Shown: one piece after another, positions 14,401 through 27,241 of the stretch
Layout of the letters: each line of letters opens with the position of its first letter
How positions within the stretch are numbered: position 1 is the first letter of the stretch
DNA from: Gnetum montanum
Taxonomy: Eukaryota > Plantae > Gnetophyta
Assembly (NCBI GenBank): GCA_015680685.1
Contig: MNCI01001921.1
Span: 335,549-399,548, forward strand
Length of the DNA stretch: 64,000 bases
Direction of reading: 5' to 3'
The notes under the pieces: model-generated
Database searches by the model: none
The model's input: the letters and a program-made list of their open reading frames with translations, nothing else
Told to the model about the DNA's origin: nothing
Translations under genes and position numbers: made by a program

Positions 14401-14800
14401 AAGTGAGTAAAAAGATATTCATGGAATAAAGTATGTTTATTCCTTTCCACAAATAATTATAGGTTCCAAGGTTTGTTTCCATTATAAATAGGTTAGAACT
14501 ATTAGAGCATATTGCTCATTTAAAAATCCTACATTTCAAGATGCATGGAGAGACAAGGTAATAATGATTGATAGGGTCAAAGAACAAGGAAATGGAAACT
14601 CGAGGAAGGAACAAAATGTAGAATCCAAGGAATTACAAGAACCAATGCACTAAGAAGTTAAGAGGTTAAAAGAGGACCTAATGGAAAGGCAAGGATAAAC
14701 AATGACAACTTACCATATATCACTTATTCATAAGGTTAAAGTTGGATGCATACCCATTTAGATTAGTCAAAGTAAATTTCTTTTTAGAGTATCGTAGTTT
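11442..14800 (+). mobile_element. Ty1/copia (Sirevirus-like) remnant: putative LTR (~11442-12520) and decayed gag (~12840-14520)
   Basis: Gag motifs LESLEFDMW*SVVDG, NALEIKYEETNVVRK, QFDKFKM, KMKITTMEELKD and GKASLDQTLQQGESPNDKSELGY. LTR boundaries are approximate. Confidence 0.75.
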
Positions 14801-15429
14801 TTGTTTTTTTTTTCTTGTTTTTTTTTATTTTCATTACATTCACCTTATTTCCTAACCTTTGCCAAAATGTTTGTAACATGTTCATCCCCACACATGTCCT
14901 AGAATATAACTTTAAGTTTAGGTGGAATGCCCATCATACATATGAGATGTTTACTCTATTCTCAGGTCCCCTTAGGCTAAATGTCCAAATCAAAAGTGGG
15001 ACATCCTAGCTAAGACCTTGGTACATCCACTACAACAATGGGACATCCTAGCTGTGGCAAAGGGAAAATAAAAAATGCTCCATCAACCTCAAAGAATGGC
15101 ATTATAAGGTCTTGGATGTTCTTATTTCCTCATTTTCATTCAGCCAAGATGTCGATGTAGAAAGAGGATGCTAGGAGAAAGGAGAAGAAGTGAAGTATAA
15201 GTAGCATGACAAGGATAGGTAGTGAATAATAGGTATGAATCCTTCTTGCATGTTTATTATTATTCAAATGATTTTAGATGTCAAACAATAATGGACATAT
15301 TGGATTGAATTATACTTTGATCCATTGAGGCTTTCATTCATTTTGAGTCTTTGTAAACAAACATTCCTTGAAAAGGTGTGTTGTAGTTTTAACCTTCTTG
15401 TAGCAAAGCATACATCAAGAGGTCATGGA

Positions 15430-17361
15430 AAAGTCCCATTTCTAGAATTTTTCTTGAGTAACTGCAACATGATGAGCTAACAGCTAAGAAAAAAACCTTA
15501 TGTTTGGTCAAAAATGCAACATCCAAATAAGATCCCATCCCATTACTTTGGAAAATGATTGCCTATAAAGATATGAGATCCATTGTCTATGATTTGTTGA
15601 AGCAAAATGTAAGTTGTTTTCATGAGCTAAATTAGGGGGATATGTCTTTTAAGGATGTTAAAAATTTTGGTGAATTGGCCATGTCTATTATCATCATGAA
15701 AGATTAATGGAATTCTCCACTACCCCCTACTGAACCAATCCTTTGCATGTGTCCTTAGACCTTGGCCCAATAGGGTAACCACTTTAGAAAAAAGTTCCCT
15801 ACTAATTTTATTATGAGCTTGTCCTATTGAGAGGCCTTCCACTAAAATATATGCTTTCCTAAATTCTGAACACCCAAGTTACTTAAGGAAGATCCATCAT
15901 CTCCTAATGGTTTTCCATATCTTCACAACTCTAACCAAGCAAGTCCATAGATTAGGATAGCACATTTGAAGACAATTGACCCAAGGCTTAGCTGCCTAGG
16001 CCCAAACCTCCCAAGTAAGCTTAACTGCCAAAATGTAAGCTTGCCTCTTAAAATCTCAAAGCCCACAACAACTTACATGAACTGGGATAGCCACATTATC
16101 CCAAGCAATCAAATGAAATTGATGACTCTCCTTCCCAACAAACCAAAGAAAATTCTTCATAATCTAATTAACTTGAAATACAAATTGGCTTGGGGGATTA
16201 AAAACTAGTACACTCTAAATAGGAATTCTTGAGAGGAAAAATTTAGCCAAAGTTAGTTTACCTGAAAAATACCAAAACATACCTCTCAATGAGACTAACT
16301 TCTTTTACTTCTTTCGCAACACTTCCTCCCAACTATTAGCTAATTTTTGTCCATAGAACAAAGATTTCCCTAGATAAGTAGTAGGAAGTGAGCCAATAAT
16401 ACACCCCAAAAATATGCTTGATATGCTCAAACCTTTTTGTTAGGCACTTCACATGGAAAATCTCTATCTTTTTCTAAATTATTTCAATTTCTATTGACTG
16501 ACAAAATCCATCTAATGACTACATCATCTTTCTAGCCTTAGGAATAGATTCTAGAAAAAGAATCATTATGTAATCTACATATTGAAGAGTACAAAGGTTC
16601 TAGGAAAATAAGGACATGACATTTTACTTTTTGATCCATATGTAGAGGTTATCAGCAAAAATAACAAAGAGATATGATGATAAAGGATCACCTTGCCTAA
16701 GGCTCTAACCTGGAAACAATTGCTAAGATATTTGTACATTCAGAAAAACTTGAAATCTAAATGGAGAGAGCATGAACCTAATCATCTCACAAAAATCCCT
16801 ACAAAATCGAAACTCCTTGAGAGTAAAAATTAAGACATCCCACTCCACCTTATCATATTCTTTTGATAAATCATGTTTAAGGAAGAAAATCTCTTATTTC
16901 TAGGTGTAAGCCCAATGCAAAGTGTCATTTTTCATAATGACACTATCAATAATTTTCGTCCAAGGATGAATCCTGATTAATCTACCTCTATGCTATTGGG
17001 TAGCAAGGGCTTTGGGGAATTCACCCAAATCTTGGAAAAAAATTAATAAAAAGTGTTGGAAAGACTAATAGGCCTACAATTCCTCAAGGATTACACCTCC
17101 TCCTCCTTCAATATTAAGAAAAAAAAGGTATTATTCCAAGTTCTAGGAAAACTACCATACTTGAATCCTACTCAAAAAAGACCCTTAAAATCCCCTTCCA
17201 ATGACATCCCAATAGGCTTTGATGCATTTAAAATTCTAGCTATCCAACCTAGGTGTCCTATGATTTGGTACCTTAGCCACTACTGAATAGATCTTCTCTC
17301 TAGAGAGTCTTCCATACAAGAACTCTTTATCAATAGGGAAAATCAAGTAGGGGATCATACC
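15430..17361 (-). pseudogene. L1-type LINE ORF2 reverse transcriptase remnant
   Basis: Minus-strand motifs KHDLSKEYDKVEWD (~16840-16878), LRQGDPLSSYLFVIFAD (~16650-16703) and RTPRLDS*NFKCIKAYWDVIG (a KAPGxDG-like block). Appears to resume after 27246. Confidence 0.9.
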
Positions 17362-18240
17362 TAATGAATTGTCATCAATGGACTACATCAAGAGCATGTG
17401 TTGATGCATCCCTGTTGACACATGTTTTGATGTGTTGATACATATGCGTCGACATGGCATCTGAGTCTGTCTATACAAATACATCCACCAACTGCATTTT
17501 AGGAATTTTTAAGTCAATAGAGTAGCTAGGTTTTTTAGTTTATTTCCATAGCAATTAGAATATTTTCTAAGTGTCCATAGTAGAAGTGAAGAAGTGTATG
17601 AATTCTTGTTTGACCAATAATGTACCTAGACACTTCGGTGTGATGACAATAAAGATAAAATTTTTGAAATATCTTGTAGCATTTGAAAATATATTAATGT
17701 TTACTTTAATGCACTTTAAATTCATGTATGTATTTAATATTTACATTTTCATGCATGTTAATCAATTGGCAAAATGAGCATGACTACTTTTGAGCATAAA
17801 CATGTTTTTTCTTGGTAATCTTAATAGCATTATTACTTGGTTCACCCAGTAGCACAATGCTTAGTAATCCCAGTAGTGGATATGTGAGTTCATGACATGT
17901 ATGAAAAGTTGAGAATGGACATTCATCACACTTAGGCTAGTTTAGGATTTATATTCTTGTTGTTAATTACATTGAATAATTAATTTCTCTATTGCCATTA
18001 AGATTAGCTTAAGGTCACAACAACATCAACAATCATATGCCTCACTATTGAAAAAATCATATGTGAAAAACCTACTACTAGTCCAAGTAGGAAGATAGTG
18101 TCCTACAATTAATGCTTAACACTCTAGATGCCAAAATAATTCCATCCAAGGAATTTGACTGAATTGCATGTGAATGTTTATAATTAATATGGTTAACCAT
18201 AGGAGGTACTCTACAACTCATCATTAATACCTTAAGGTTT
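17362..18240 (+). repeat. Athila-like LTR (17362-18223) plus decayed PBS
   Basis: TAATGAATTG (TG decayed to TA)...CTCATCA, then TTAATACC.TTAAGG (G-to-A decayed TTGGTGCC...). Preceded by ATACC. Confidence 0.8.
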
Positions 18241-18445
18241 TTCAATTCAATTCTCTTTAATATATATCCTATCATTACTCCTACAAGTGTTTTCATCATG
18301 TGATGCATTCTTGGTCCTATATGAAGAAGGCATGTTTTTTTCGATAATGTGTGTGACTTATAATATTAATATTTTCTAAAAGATAAATCATTAATACCTT
18401 TATAGTGATCATGTATAATATAATTGATCTAGATAACTAGAATCA

Positions 18446-19312
18446 TCCTTAGCAATGGCACCAATGATAAGTAGCAAAGTATCACCTACGTCCAACCATA
18501 CAAATGACAAGTGTTCACATGCAATTCAGTGAAATTCTATGGATGGAACTAATTTGGCATCTAGATTGTTAAGCGTTAATCATAAGATATTATCTTCCCA
18601 CTTGGACTAGTGGTGGCTTTGTCACATATGATTTAGTCCAAAGTGAAGCATATGCTTGTTGACGTTGTTGCAACCTTAAGCTAATCTTAACAACAATAGA
18701 GAAATTAATTATTCAATCTAATTAACAACAAGAATATAAATCCTAAACTATTCTAAGGATGATATATCTATTCCTAGCTTGTCATACACATCTTGAACTC
18801 ACGTATCCACTATTAAGATTACCAAGCATTATGCTACTAGGTGAACCAAGCAATAATGCTACTAGGATTAATAAGTGAAAATGTGTTTACACTCAAAACT
18901 AATTGTGCTCATTCCATTGATTTATTATCATGTATACAAATGTAAATATTAACTACATACATGAATTTAAAGAGCATTAAAGTAAGCATTGAAATATTTT
19001 CAAATGCTACAAGGTATTTCAAGAAGTTCATCTTTATTGCCATCACACTAAAGTATCTATCGATGTTAGTGCTTCAATAGGGATGTGTACACTTCTTGAC
19101 TCCTACTACAAGCATTTAGAAAATATTCTAACTATTATGGAAATAAAATACAGGAACCTAACTACTCTATTGACTTAATGATGTCATAAATGTGGTTGGT
19201 GTGTGCATTTATATAGATAGACTCAAATGCCACATCGATGCATCAAAACATGCATCGACAAGGATGCATCAACACATGCTTGTTGATGCAACCCATTGAT
19301 GAAAATTCATCA
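18446..19312 (-). repeat. Inverted Athila-like LTR (18465-19312) plus tRNA-Asp PBS (18446-18464)
   Basis: Reverse complement aligns end to end with 17362-18223. Followed on its own strand by TTGGTGCCATTGCTAAGGA. Confidence 0.88.
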
Positions 19313-19499
19313 TAACCTCCATGAATAATTGAAAATCCATCCTCGAGTGAACAAAAGGAGAATCAAGCTTCTTACAAAATTTTGAAAGGTATGGATCATC
19401 AACTAACTAACTAACTCAAAAACTGATGCTAAGTGCCCAAATGTACAAAAATGGATATTCATGAAAAGAAAATTGAACACCTGTATAAGAAATGACAAG

Positions 19500-22420
19500 T
19501 GAAACTCCTGTTATGGCTAAATCCAAGAGGAAGATCAAATGATTCTAGGATATGAAGGCTCATAAGGTGTTGAAGGACCTTCCCCTACCTCTAGTGCATG
19601 TGGTGGTTGAGGATGTTCTACTACAACAACTACTTTTGGTGAAAGATGAAATGCATCTAGCAATGCTTTCATCTTCTCCTACCTAGTCTAGGGATCACAC
19701 ATAATCCACACAACATCATTTATGTGAGCTAGTATGGGAACATCCCACAAATAGGACATGGCTAGGAACATATTCTTAATGTTAATGAACCAGGTAGTGA
19801 ATTATTTACATTTGATGTCAAATGATCTAATAGAATTTTGCAAATCATTCATCCTCTTGGCCAGGTTCTTAGTCATTGATTGCTAATTCTAAGTCTCTAA
19901 GAACTTCAACCTTGGCATTAGCTATTTCCAAATTTTGCTTCAAGTCCTTGTGGTGCTTGAACTCTACCTCATACAAGAGGTAAGAGGTGGTCACTTGCTT
20001 TCCTACTTCTAACCTTAGCCTTCTTGCAGTCAACATCACCAAGTTTTCATACCAAAGGTTGGCTAGCTCCATATATTCTATCACCTCTTTGAGCTACAAC
20101 TCCTTTAGGCATATTTTAGCTTTGTTGTATGCATTGAGTATATTAATGATGGGCTACCACACATAATCTCCTTATTGGAGTTGCTAAAGGGCTTTGTTCA
20201 TCTTCACCTTGTCTAGTTAGATTTCTTTCTCATTAACTTCCTTTAGAAGCCCAACCTTGTCCTTACAGTGATTCTTAAAATGTTTGATCTTTAGGACCTT
20301 ATTCTTGAAAGATGCTATCTCAATGGCCAATTTTTGACAAAGCACATGGACTTCCTCCATCAAGAGATTTTAGTTTTCAATAGCTAACCTCCTTAAATTC
20401 ATATTTACCTTGGCAAGTTTCTCTAACTATTGTCATAAAAATTTCATCATTTATTCTTTTTTTACCTTGACATTTCATAGGAAATTATTATCTTGGGTTA
20501 GAATTAGATTCTCCTTGCGGACCTATAACAAGTCCTTTTCAATGTTGTAGATCATGGCCTCTACTAAGGATTCATCAAAGACTACCATCTCCTTTACATT
20601 CTCAGCCTCTTGAAGTCTATGTTAAAGTTGTAAGAAGGATTCATCTTTTATTCTTGCTTGGCTAATAATAGTGTGATCAACTAGTCAAGCTCTCAACACT
20701 ACAACCTTAGTAATAAATCATTGATTTTCAGATGTAGCTACCTTGAGTTGGGCATTAACAATGATGAGCTTACTCCTAGCTTCCAATATCATCGATTGGA
20801 TGGAAATGATGTTATCCAAAAGATCAAAGATCTCTAGAATTGGTTTCCCAATTCCTACCAATAAATCCAACACCTCCTTGTGCTAGGCTATGCTAAACCT
20901 TCCATTGGCTACTCTTGCAAATGTCTACACATGCCTGAGTGTAGTAATATCAAGCACAATGATTGTAGGAGTGTTCAATGCTTCTTCCACATGATTAGCT
21001 ATCACCTCCATCACTACCTTCTACACTTAGTGCTGCATCACCAATATATTTTTTTCCTAACACTCCTCCAGAGACATTGAGAAAGTGGCAATGTTTGCAA
21101 AAATCTCTAGGAATCATTGTTATACTGGCAGGGACATTGTTTCTTTCTAGGTACTAGGATTTGATCTTGTGGGCACTTTCATACTTGAGGAAGCAAACAA
21201 CAATGCAATCTCCTCCAACCAAATTACTATTTTAGTTACCTTATTCAAATGGCTCATAGCTTGGCAATAGATTGATGGGTCACCATCACTTGGTCCTACT
21301 TGCTACTGCTATAGGAGTTGCTCATGGAGCTTGTGCATGTACTCAATGGAAGCATGAGCCTCTAGCATTATTTTATAAGTGGCTAGTGATGGTGGTGGCT
21401 ACTTCTCTTCTTGTAGCTTGGTGGATGACTTATCCTTCATCATATCCTACCAAGATATAGTAGGAACATGATGAAGTGTATCATTGGTGTAGTGGGCTAT
21501 GCCTCCCCTTTTGTACAATTTTTTGATAAGGCCCAAAAATGGAAGCATCTTCCTCCCATTCTCATTCTCTTTAAATCTCTTCTTGATCCCTAGAATGATG
21601 AGCTATGGAAGGTTGATGGGGAATTTATCACTCAGAGTGACATATGCACAAGTAGACAAGGTAGTGATTTTTCTTAGCCTTCCTATTGGATTAAGGTGAT
21701 AGGCTACAATTATGAAATAGACACTCTCTACCCTAGTGAGTGCATTGTACTCCTTAGAGTCCACTCCATAGAACCACTGGAACCATTCTTTCTTCACTTT
21801 TGGGTCCACCTACATTGATATTTCCACCAAGGCTAATGTAGTATCTAGNATCCACCTACATTGATATTTCCACCAAGGCTAATGTAGTATCTAGTAATCC
21901 AAGGGCCTTTGTAATGGCTTCCATAGAGTAGGATACACTGATGTACTCTATTTTCACTATGGGATCTACCTACCTATTGCCCTAGAAAAGGTACATTTAT
22001 CCCATGTACCACTCCTTACTAGAAGTAAGGATAGGCCACATGGGAGAGGTCTAAAGTTATGTTCTGATGCCAAGTCCAAGAAAGAGCCAAATTTTTATTC
22101 TTAAAGAACTACACCTTAGATTTCCTTGAAATGAATATTATTTAGGAAGGCTTTAGTCAAAGTGACTTCTAGCTTTGTTCTAGGCCCAAGCAACTCATCT
22201 CAATTTAATTGCTCAATCTCAGCTATGGGAATCTTTCTGAAGAACTCCACCTTAGGATCCTCTTGAAGAGATCTTGTTGCATGTGTTTCTACTGCTTCCT
22301 CTTAAGGCTGCTGCTACTACTAGGTTGCTTATCCATCAAATTTGGATGGTACTCCTTCCTATGGTCATTTATCTCATGGTCTAGGTGCCATCTTCAATCA
22401 CAACATTACCCAAGAATAGC
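19500..22420 (-). pseudogene. Decayed retrotransposon accessory ORF (extra-ORF/env-like) with coiled-coil region
   Basis: ORF-track pieces 21603-21809 (...YHLNPIGRLRKI...KFPINLP) and 19869-20084 (heptad-like, E/L/K-rich) lie on one strand. No RT or integrase motifs. Confidence 0.5.
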
Positions 22421-22428
22421 ATTTTATG

Positions 22429-24482
22429 TGTAACTTAACACTTAGATACCTTATCTCTTTTGATCAATTACACTTTGGATAAGTTGTGATTATGCTGGAT
22501 TCATTAATTTAATATTATTTTATTATTATTTTATTTTGATAGCTACCAAAGTTCATTGGTAAGGTTTAACTTACATGAATGAGTGATTTTCAATATTATT
22601 TTATTAGTTAAACCTTGTGTGAGTTAGAAAAATTTCAAAAACATTTCTATCAAAAACCTACGATTTATGGCTAGAGAATTGAAGAAAAGAGTGAATCAGA
22701 TAAGTAGTTCAAACATTATGGACATAGGAAGGCTCTAGGCTTTGAAAATGGTAAACACTTCCTTGGCATTGAATGGAAAATGTGAAAAAATGGCTAAGTC
22801 CTTGTTGCTATAGCATTTTTTCCTACATCAACACATCCTCATTGATGTAGCCATATAATAAAATTTTTCCATATAAAAAACTAGAAAAAATAAGGGGTTA
22901 TCTCAAGAAATTGGAGTCCAAAGGAAGCCAAAAAAAAGTCTAAAGCAAGATGAAATGCTTAAAGAGGGCTAGAATATGCACAAAAAAGGAGATTTAACCT
23001 AGAGATTATTGGTTAAGGAGTGCAAAACTAGATGCAATTGATGTGGAATTTTTATGGTTTAAAAGCAAAATGGCTAAGGGATAAGGAGTGTAATCATCCC
23101 AACTAAGGAGCATGCAAGTGGGTCCTCACCATAGTAGGTTCATGCCCTTAATGCCCTCAAGCCAAGGAGTCTGTGGGCCCCTAGGATGATTAATGGTTGT
23201 GGATCATTAAAGACCAAATGACCAAAGAATTCATCAAATAATTTCAACCATTTACCATTTAACCAATTAAAACAATCATGAAAGGAGGTAGTGAGATGGT
23301 TAATGGAAAGAAGTGATGGATGAAAGGAAGTATGGAATGGAGTTATCCATCATGGTCACATAAATTCCCTTGTGAAAGATGTGATTAATTATGACCTAAG
23401 AACTTTCTTTCTTAGTCCACATTAATATCATCCTCTTCTAGTAACTTTTCATTGACACTTTAGGCCATTCCACCCTTCAAGAAACAAGAACATCCCCATA
23501 GACCACTCACCATTCCTAAAGAAGAAGATAAAATTAGAAAGTTAAGAGGGCCTTAGAGGGGTGTCTTCAGGTATGGTTAACATGTCTTTCTAGCCTTATA
23601 ACTAGTGCTTATAGCCATTTATTGTATCTAAGTGGTTTTCTTTGAATTCCCATCATATTTTTATTTTTATTTCTCTTGAATGAGAACCACACCATGTATA
23701 GACATTACTTCCTATTTTTGGTCTATGATGGATTGCTAAGAAATCCATGGAAATGTTCATGTAACCTAAATGGTAGGTAGGTAGAAAAGTGATAAATCCC
23801 TTTGAAGTTAAACCCTTGTCAATCCACTTAATTCATCCAAGGTTCAAAAATTACAAAGGTCACTAGTTCAGTATAAGTTATTAATAGGAAACCTCATATT
23901 TCCAAAATGACGAAGCCCCATAGAATTAAGTGTAGTGATGGAGGACATGGACTCATTGCCTGTTAACATGAAAATAATCAATGTTTCATTAGTAAACATT
24001 AACATTCTAAAATGAAATCCAACCATTTGCAATCAAGTAATCAATAAACTTTAAACCACCATTAATAGTAGTTGTAGCTTGGCACAAAGTCTTGAATGCA
24101 AACAATAAAAATAAAAAATAAAAAAAAGGTAAGAAAAACTCAAATAAAGTGAAATATATAAAAAATTGTAAAATATCCAATAAAATGGAAAACATACTAA
24201 AGATGGTGTAAAAAATGTGAAAATGCACTTATTAGTTCTTGATTTAGGATGGAACATTTTCCCCACGACTAATCTTATAGGCAAAACAAGAGCTAATAAG
24301 TAAATTGGATGTTTCCATGCATTTTTTGAATGGTTTTTCATTCTCATTTTCAAGCCATAGGGTATCTTTTTATTTATTGACTCCTATGTGGACTTGGTTT
24401 TGCACATACACTTGTTCCTTATGTTTGTTGTGGCTTGGTATAGGGATTGTATTAATATTTTGAACTTTTAGCCCACAACTAC
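22429..24482 (+). mobile_element. Putative LTR-like segment of a different family
   Basis: Starts TGTAAC, ends ACTACA, is non-coding and separates two coding remnants. No matching TSD found. Confidence 0.35.
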
Positions 24483-26860
24483 ATCCTTTATTATTATTAG
24501 TGATGCATGAAGTTTCCTATCTCTCCACAATGATAGGTTCATATTTTATGTCTTGTGATGGAGCGATGATAGTTATTGGCTTTTGTGTATGATTAGGAGA
24601 CATTATTTTTGTAAGGAAGGTTGTTGCACCAGATCGACCTTGCATTGGTTTTGATAAGCCAGTAGGTCTACAAGTTTTATTTGCTTATGTGGAAACTATA
24701 CTAAAGAGAGAAAATCTTTGTGACTTTTGCTAATATCTGCCAACATTATCATTTGTTTGCATGTTTGTGAAACTAGTGGAATTCTTTATTAAGGTTGTGG
24801 TGTCAATCCTTCTTATGTTGTTAGCAATGACATATGTTGGAGGTAAGTATGAAAATATTGAGGATGTGACAAAGGATAAGAGGTACTAGATGGCAATTCC
24901 ATAAGAGATGTTATGGGTTGATGATATTTGGGAGAGTGTTAGTAGTCATTTGAGGTAGATGAAGTAGAACTATTTAGAGAAATAGGTTGTTGAACATAGT
25001 ATCCATATGGGTCTGATTGGTAATAAGGGTATTGCTAGTTTGTTGATGGCCTCCCCCATGAATGTGAGTTTGCAATTATGGTTAATAGTAGTTTTGAGGC
25101 TAATAAGAAGTCCCACTAGGATAGTATGGTTAGTTGTAGGGTTGTCTATAATTACCTTTTGAGAAAGATAATTTTTTTGGCATTTGCTTTTGTAAAAAAT
25201 TGGAATTCAAAAAAAAATCCCCATACTCTTATAGATGCAACATAATTAGGCAATAACCCTTTGAATGGTCATATTGGCAAATGTCACATCCATCATCCTC
25301 TTCTATGGCTGATTCTATAACCTCTTCTATTATTTCTATTTTCCATTTTTTTCCAATACATATTCCTACCTATTTATTTTGTCATTTTCCTCTTCTTGTT
25401 TTGGTCACTTAATCCTTTTTGCATTACCCTCTTGATGGGACGTCGTGATATCGCATCCCCCACAATATCGCGTATGCGATATCGCGTCTTCCCCTACAAT
25501 ATCGCATATGTGAAATTGCAGTGCATCGTCAAATCTATAAATAAGAGGAGGCTCTCCCTTGTTTCTCAATCTAGATCTAGACCTTAGTGAAACTCTAGAA
25601 TTTTTTCCTCTCCAAAGATAGAATAATTTCCATGTGCTCATAGTAGGAGCTCCAAAATGAATGGATCTTTATTTGAGCAAATATTTTACCTAAGCATAAG
25701 TTTGTGTACAGAAATAAAGATGAACTTTTGGATAAACTTTGCAGTGCATATACTAAGCTAAATAGGACTTTACTCATTATTATTTATTTTTCATCATTTA
25801 ATTCTTTATTAGTTAATTAAATCTCTCTCAACCCTTCTCCCATAGTTAAGTGCATTTAGTACGACCAGTTCGAGCATGTGTGTTATGCTTGGTAATCCCA
25901 GTAATGAATAGCATTTGGTAATCAAGGTTGCATTGGTTCATGGTGTGAATGGTAAGTGGGAACAGATGCTAATGCTAGGTTAATTAAGGCTTAGTTAGTT
26001 AGTTAAAGTTAGTTAATTAGTCTCTTCAATCTTTACCTCATTAGCATAGGAGATAAAACATAAAAGACATAAAAATCACATACCTCATACTTACTTAACC
26101 ATACAACCATGACCAATATAAGTAATTTTGGGAAGATAACAAACGATTAACCTTAAGTGTTCCATGAGGTGTGTAGGCACTTAGTCTGTAGAGTTTGATC
26201 GGAGCACGCATGTAACGCTCGTATTCGTATGGTTGAGTGTAGGGGCTACCTCGCCACTCATCACCTCTCCTCTATAGTTTTCAGGTATGTTCTAACATTT
26301 TCATTTATTAATTCCCACATCTTATCTATCCTTGCATCAAGTTTAGTGATAAAATTTTATATTAGCAAGGTTTGTTGTGAACTCAACTCATCAAGAGCTA
26401 CCTCTTTTTCCTCATCATAGATATGGATCCCCTTCTTGTGAAGAGTTGGCTCCTTTTTATATTCCTCTACATTCTCATGTTTAGATAGCTCTCCTTTTTC
26501 TTTGCCACCTGCTCAACTAGCCTTTGTATATAATGGGCTTTCAATTCAAATAACTAACCTTGGGCATAAATCCTAAAGGTCTCCTTCATTTGATTATGAA
26601 GCCCATCTATGATGTAGAAAAGTTATTCTTTTTTATAGAAATCATGGCCTAAACATCTATGTAGTGGCAAATAGTATCTATCGAAGGCCACATCCAAGGA
26701 TTCATGTTTTTCTTACTTCCATCCTAGGATTTGTTTTCTCACATTGAACACTCTAGCATAGGTTTGGTATTTTTTGTTAAAAAACTCTAGCATTGTGGAC
26801 CAATGATGGATTGAATGTGGTTCTAATGATCTATACCAACTTTCATATTCATCTATTAGT
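24483..26860 (-). pseudogene. Decayed Athila-like gag interrupted by a solo LTR
   Basis: Minus strand EEDDGCDICQYDHSKGYCLIMLHL (~25230-25303) matches the knuckle block of the plus-strand copies. The reading continues across the 25433-26263 insertion. Confidence 0.75.
25433..26263 (+). mobile_element. Solo LTR (831 bp) of the Athila-like family with 5-bp TSD CCTCT
   Basis: TGATG...CATCA termini; CCTCT at 25428-25432 and 26264-26268; TATA-like CTATAAATA at ~25535. CpGs are retained, so relatively young. Confidence 0.93.
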
Positions 26861-26864
26861 GTCC

Positions 26865-27241
26865 TAGTAGCATAACACTTAGTAATCCTAGTAGTGGATA
26901 CATGATTTCAAGACATGTATAGGAAGCTGGGAATAGATATGCATCACCCTTAAGCTAGTTTAGGATTTATATTATTGATGTTAATTAGATTGAATAATTA
27001 ATTTCTCTATTGTTGTTAAGATTAGCTTAAGGTTACAACAACATCAACAATAATATGCCTCACTTTAGAGTAAACTATACATGACAAAGCTATTGCTTGT
27101 CCAACTATGAAGATAGCATCCTACGATCAATGCTTAACAATCTAGATAACAAACTAGTTCCATCTATGGAATTTGACCAAATTATGCATGAACGTTTGTA
27201 ATTCATATAGTTGGACATAGGGGGTACTCTGTGGCTCATCA
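26865..27241 (+). repeat. 3' half of an Athila-like LTR ending at TSD ATACC
   Basis: Aligns with ~17845-18223 and ends CTCATCA. ATACC follows at 27242-27246, matching 17357-17361. Confidence 0.85.

Noticed and set aside
17362-19312. DIRS-like or foldback DNA transposon interpretation of the inverted repeat
   Set aside because: Both arms are ordinary TG...CA LTRs followed by a PBS and occur elsewhere as direct or solo LTRs. No tyrosine recombinase or transposase motif is present.
21805-21895. ~44-bp direct repeat around a single N
   Set aside because: Same scaffolding artefact.
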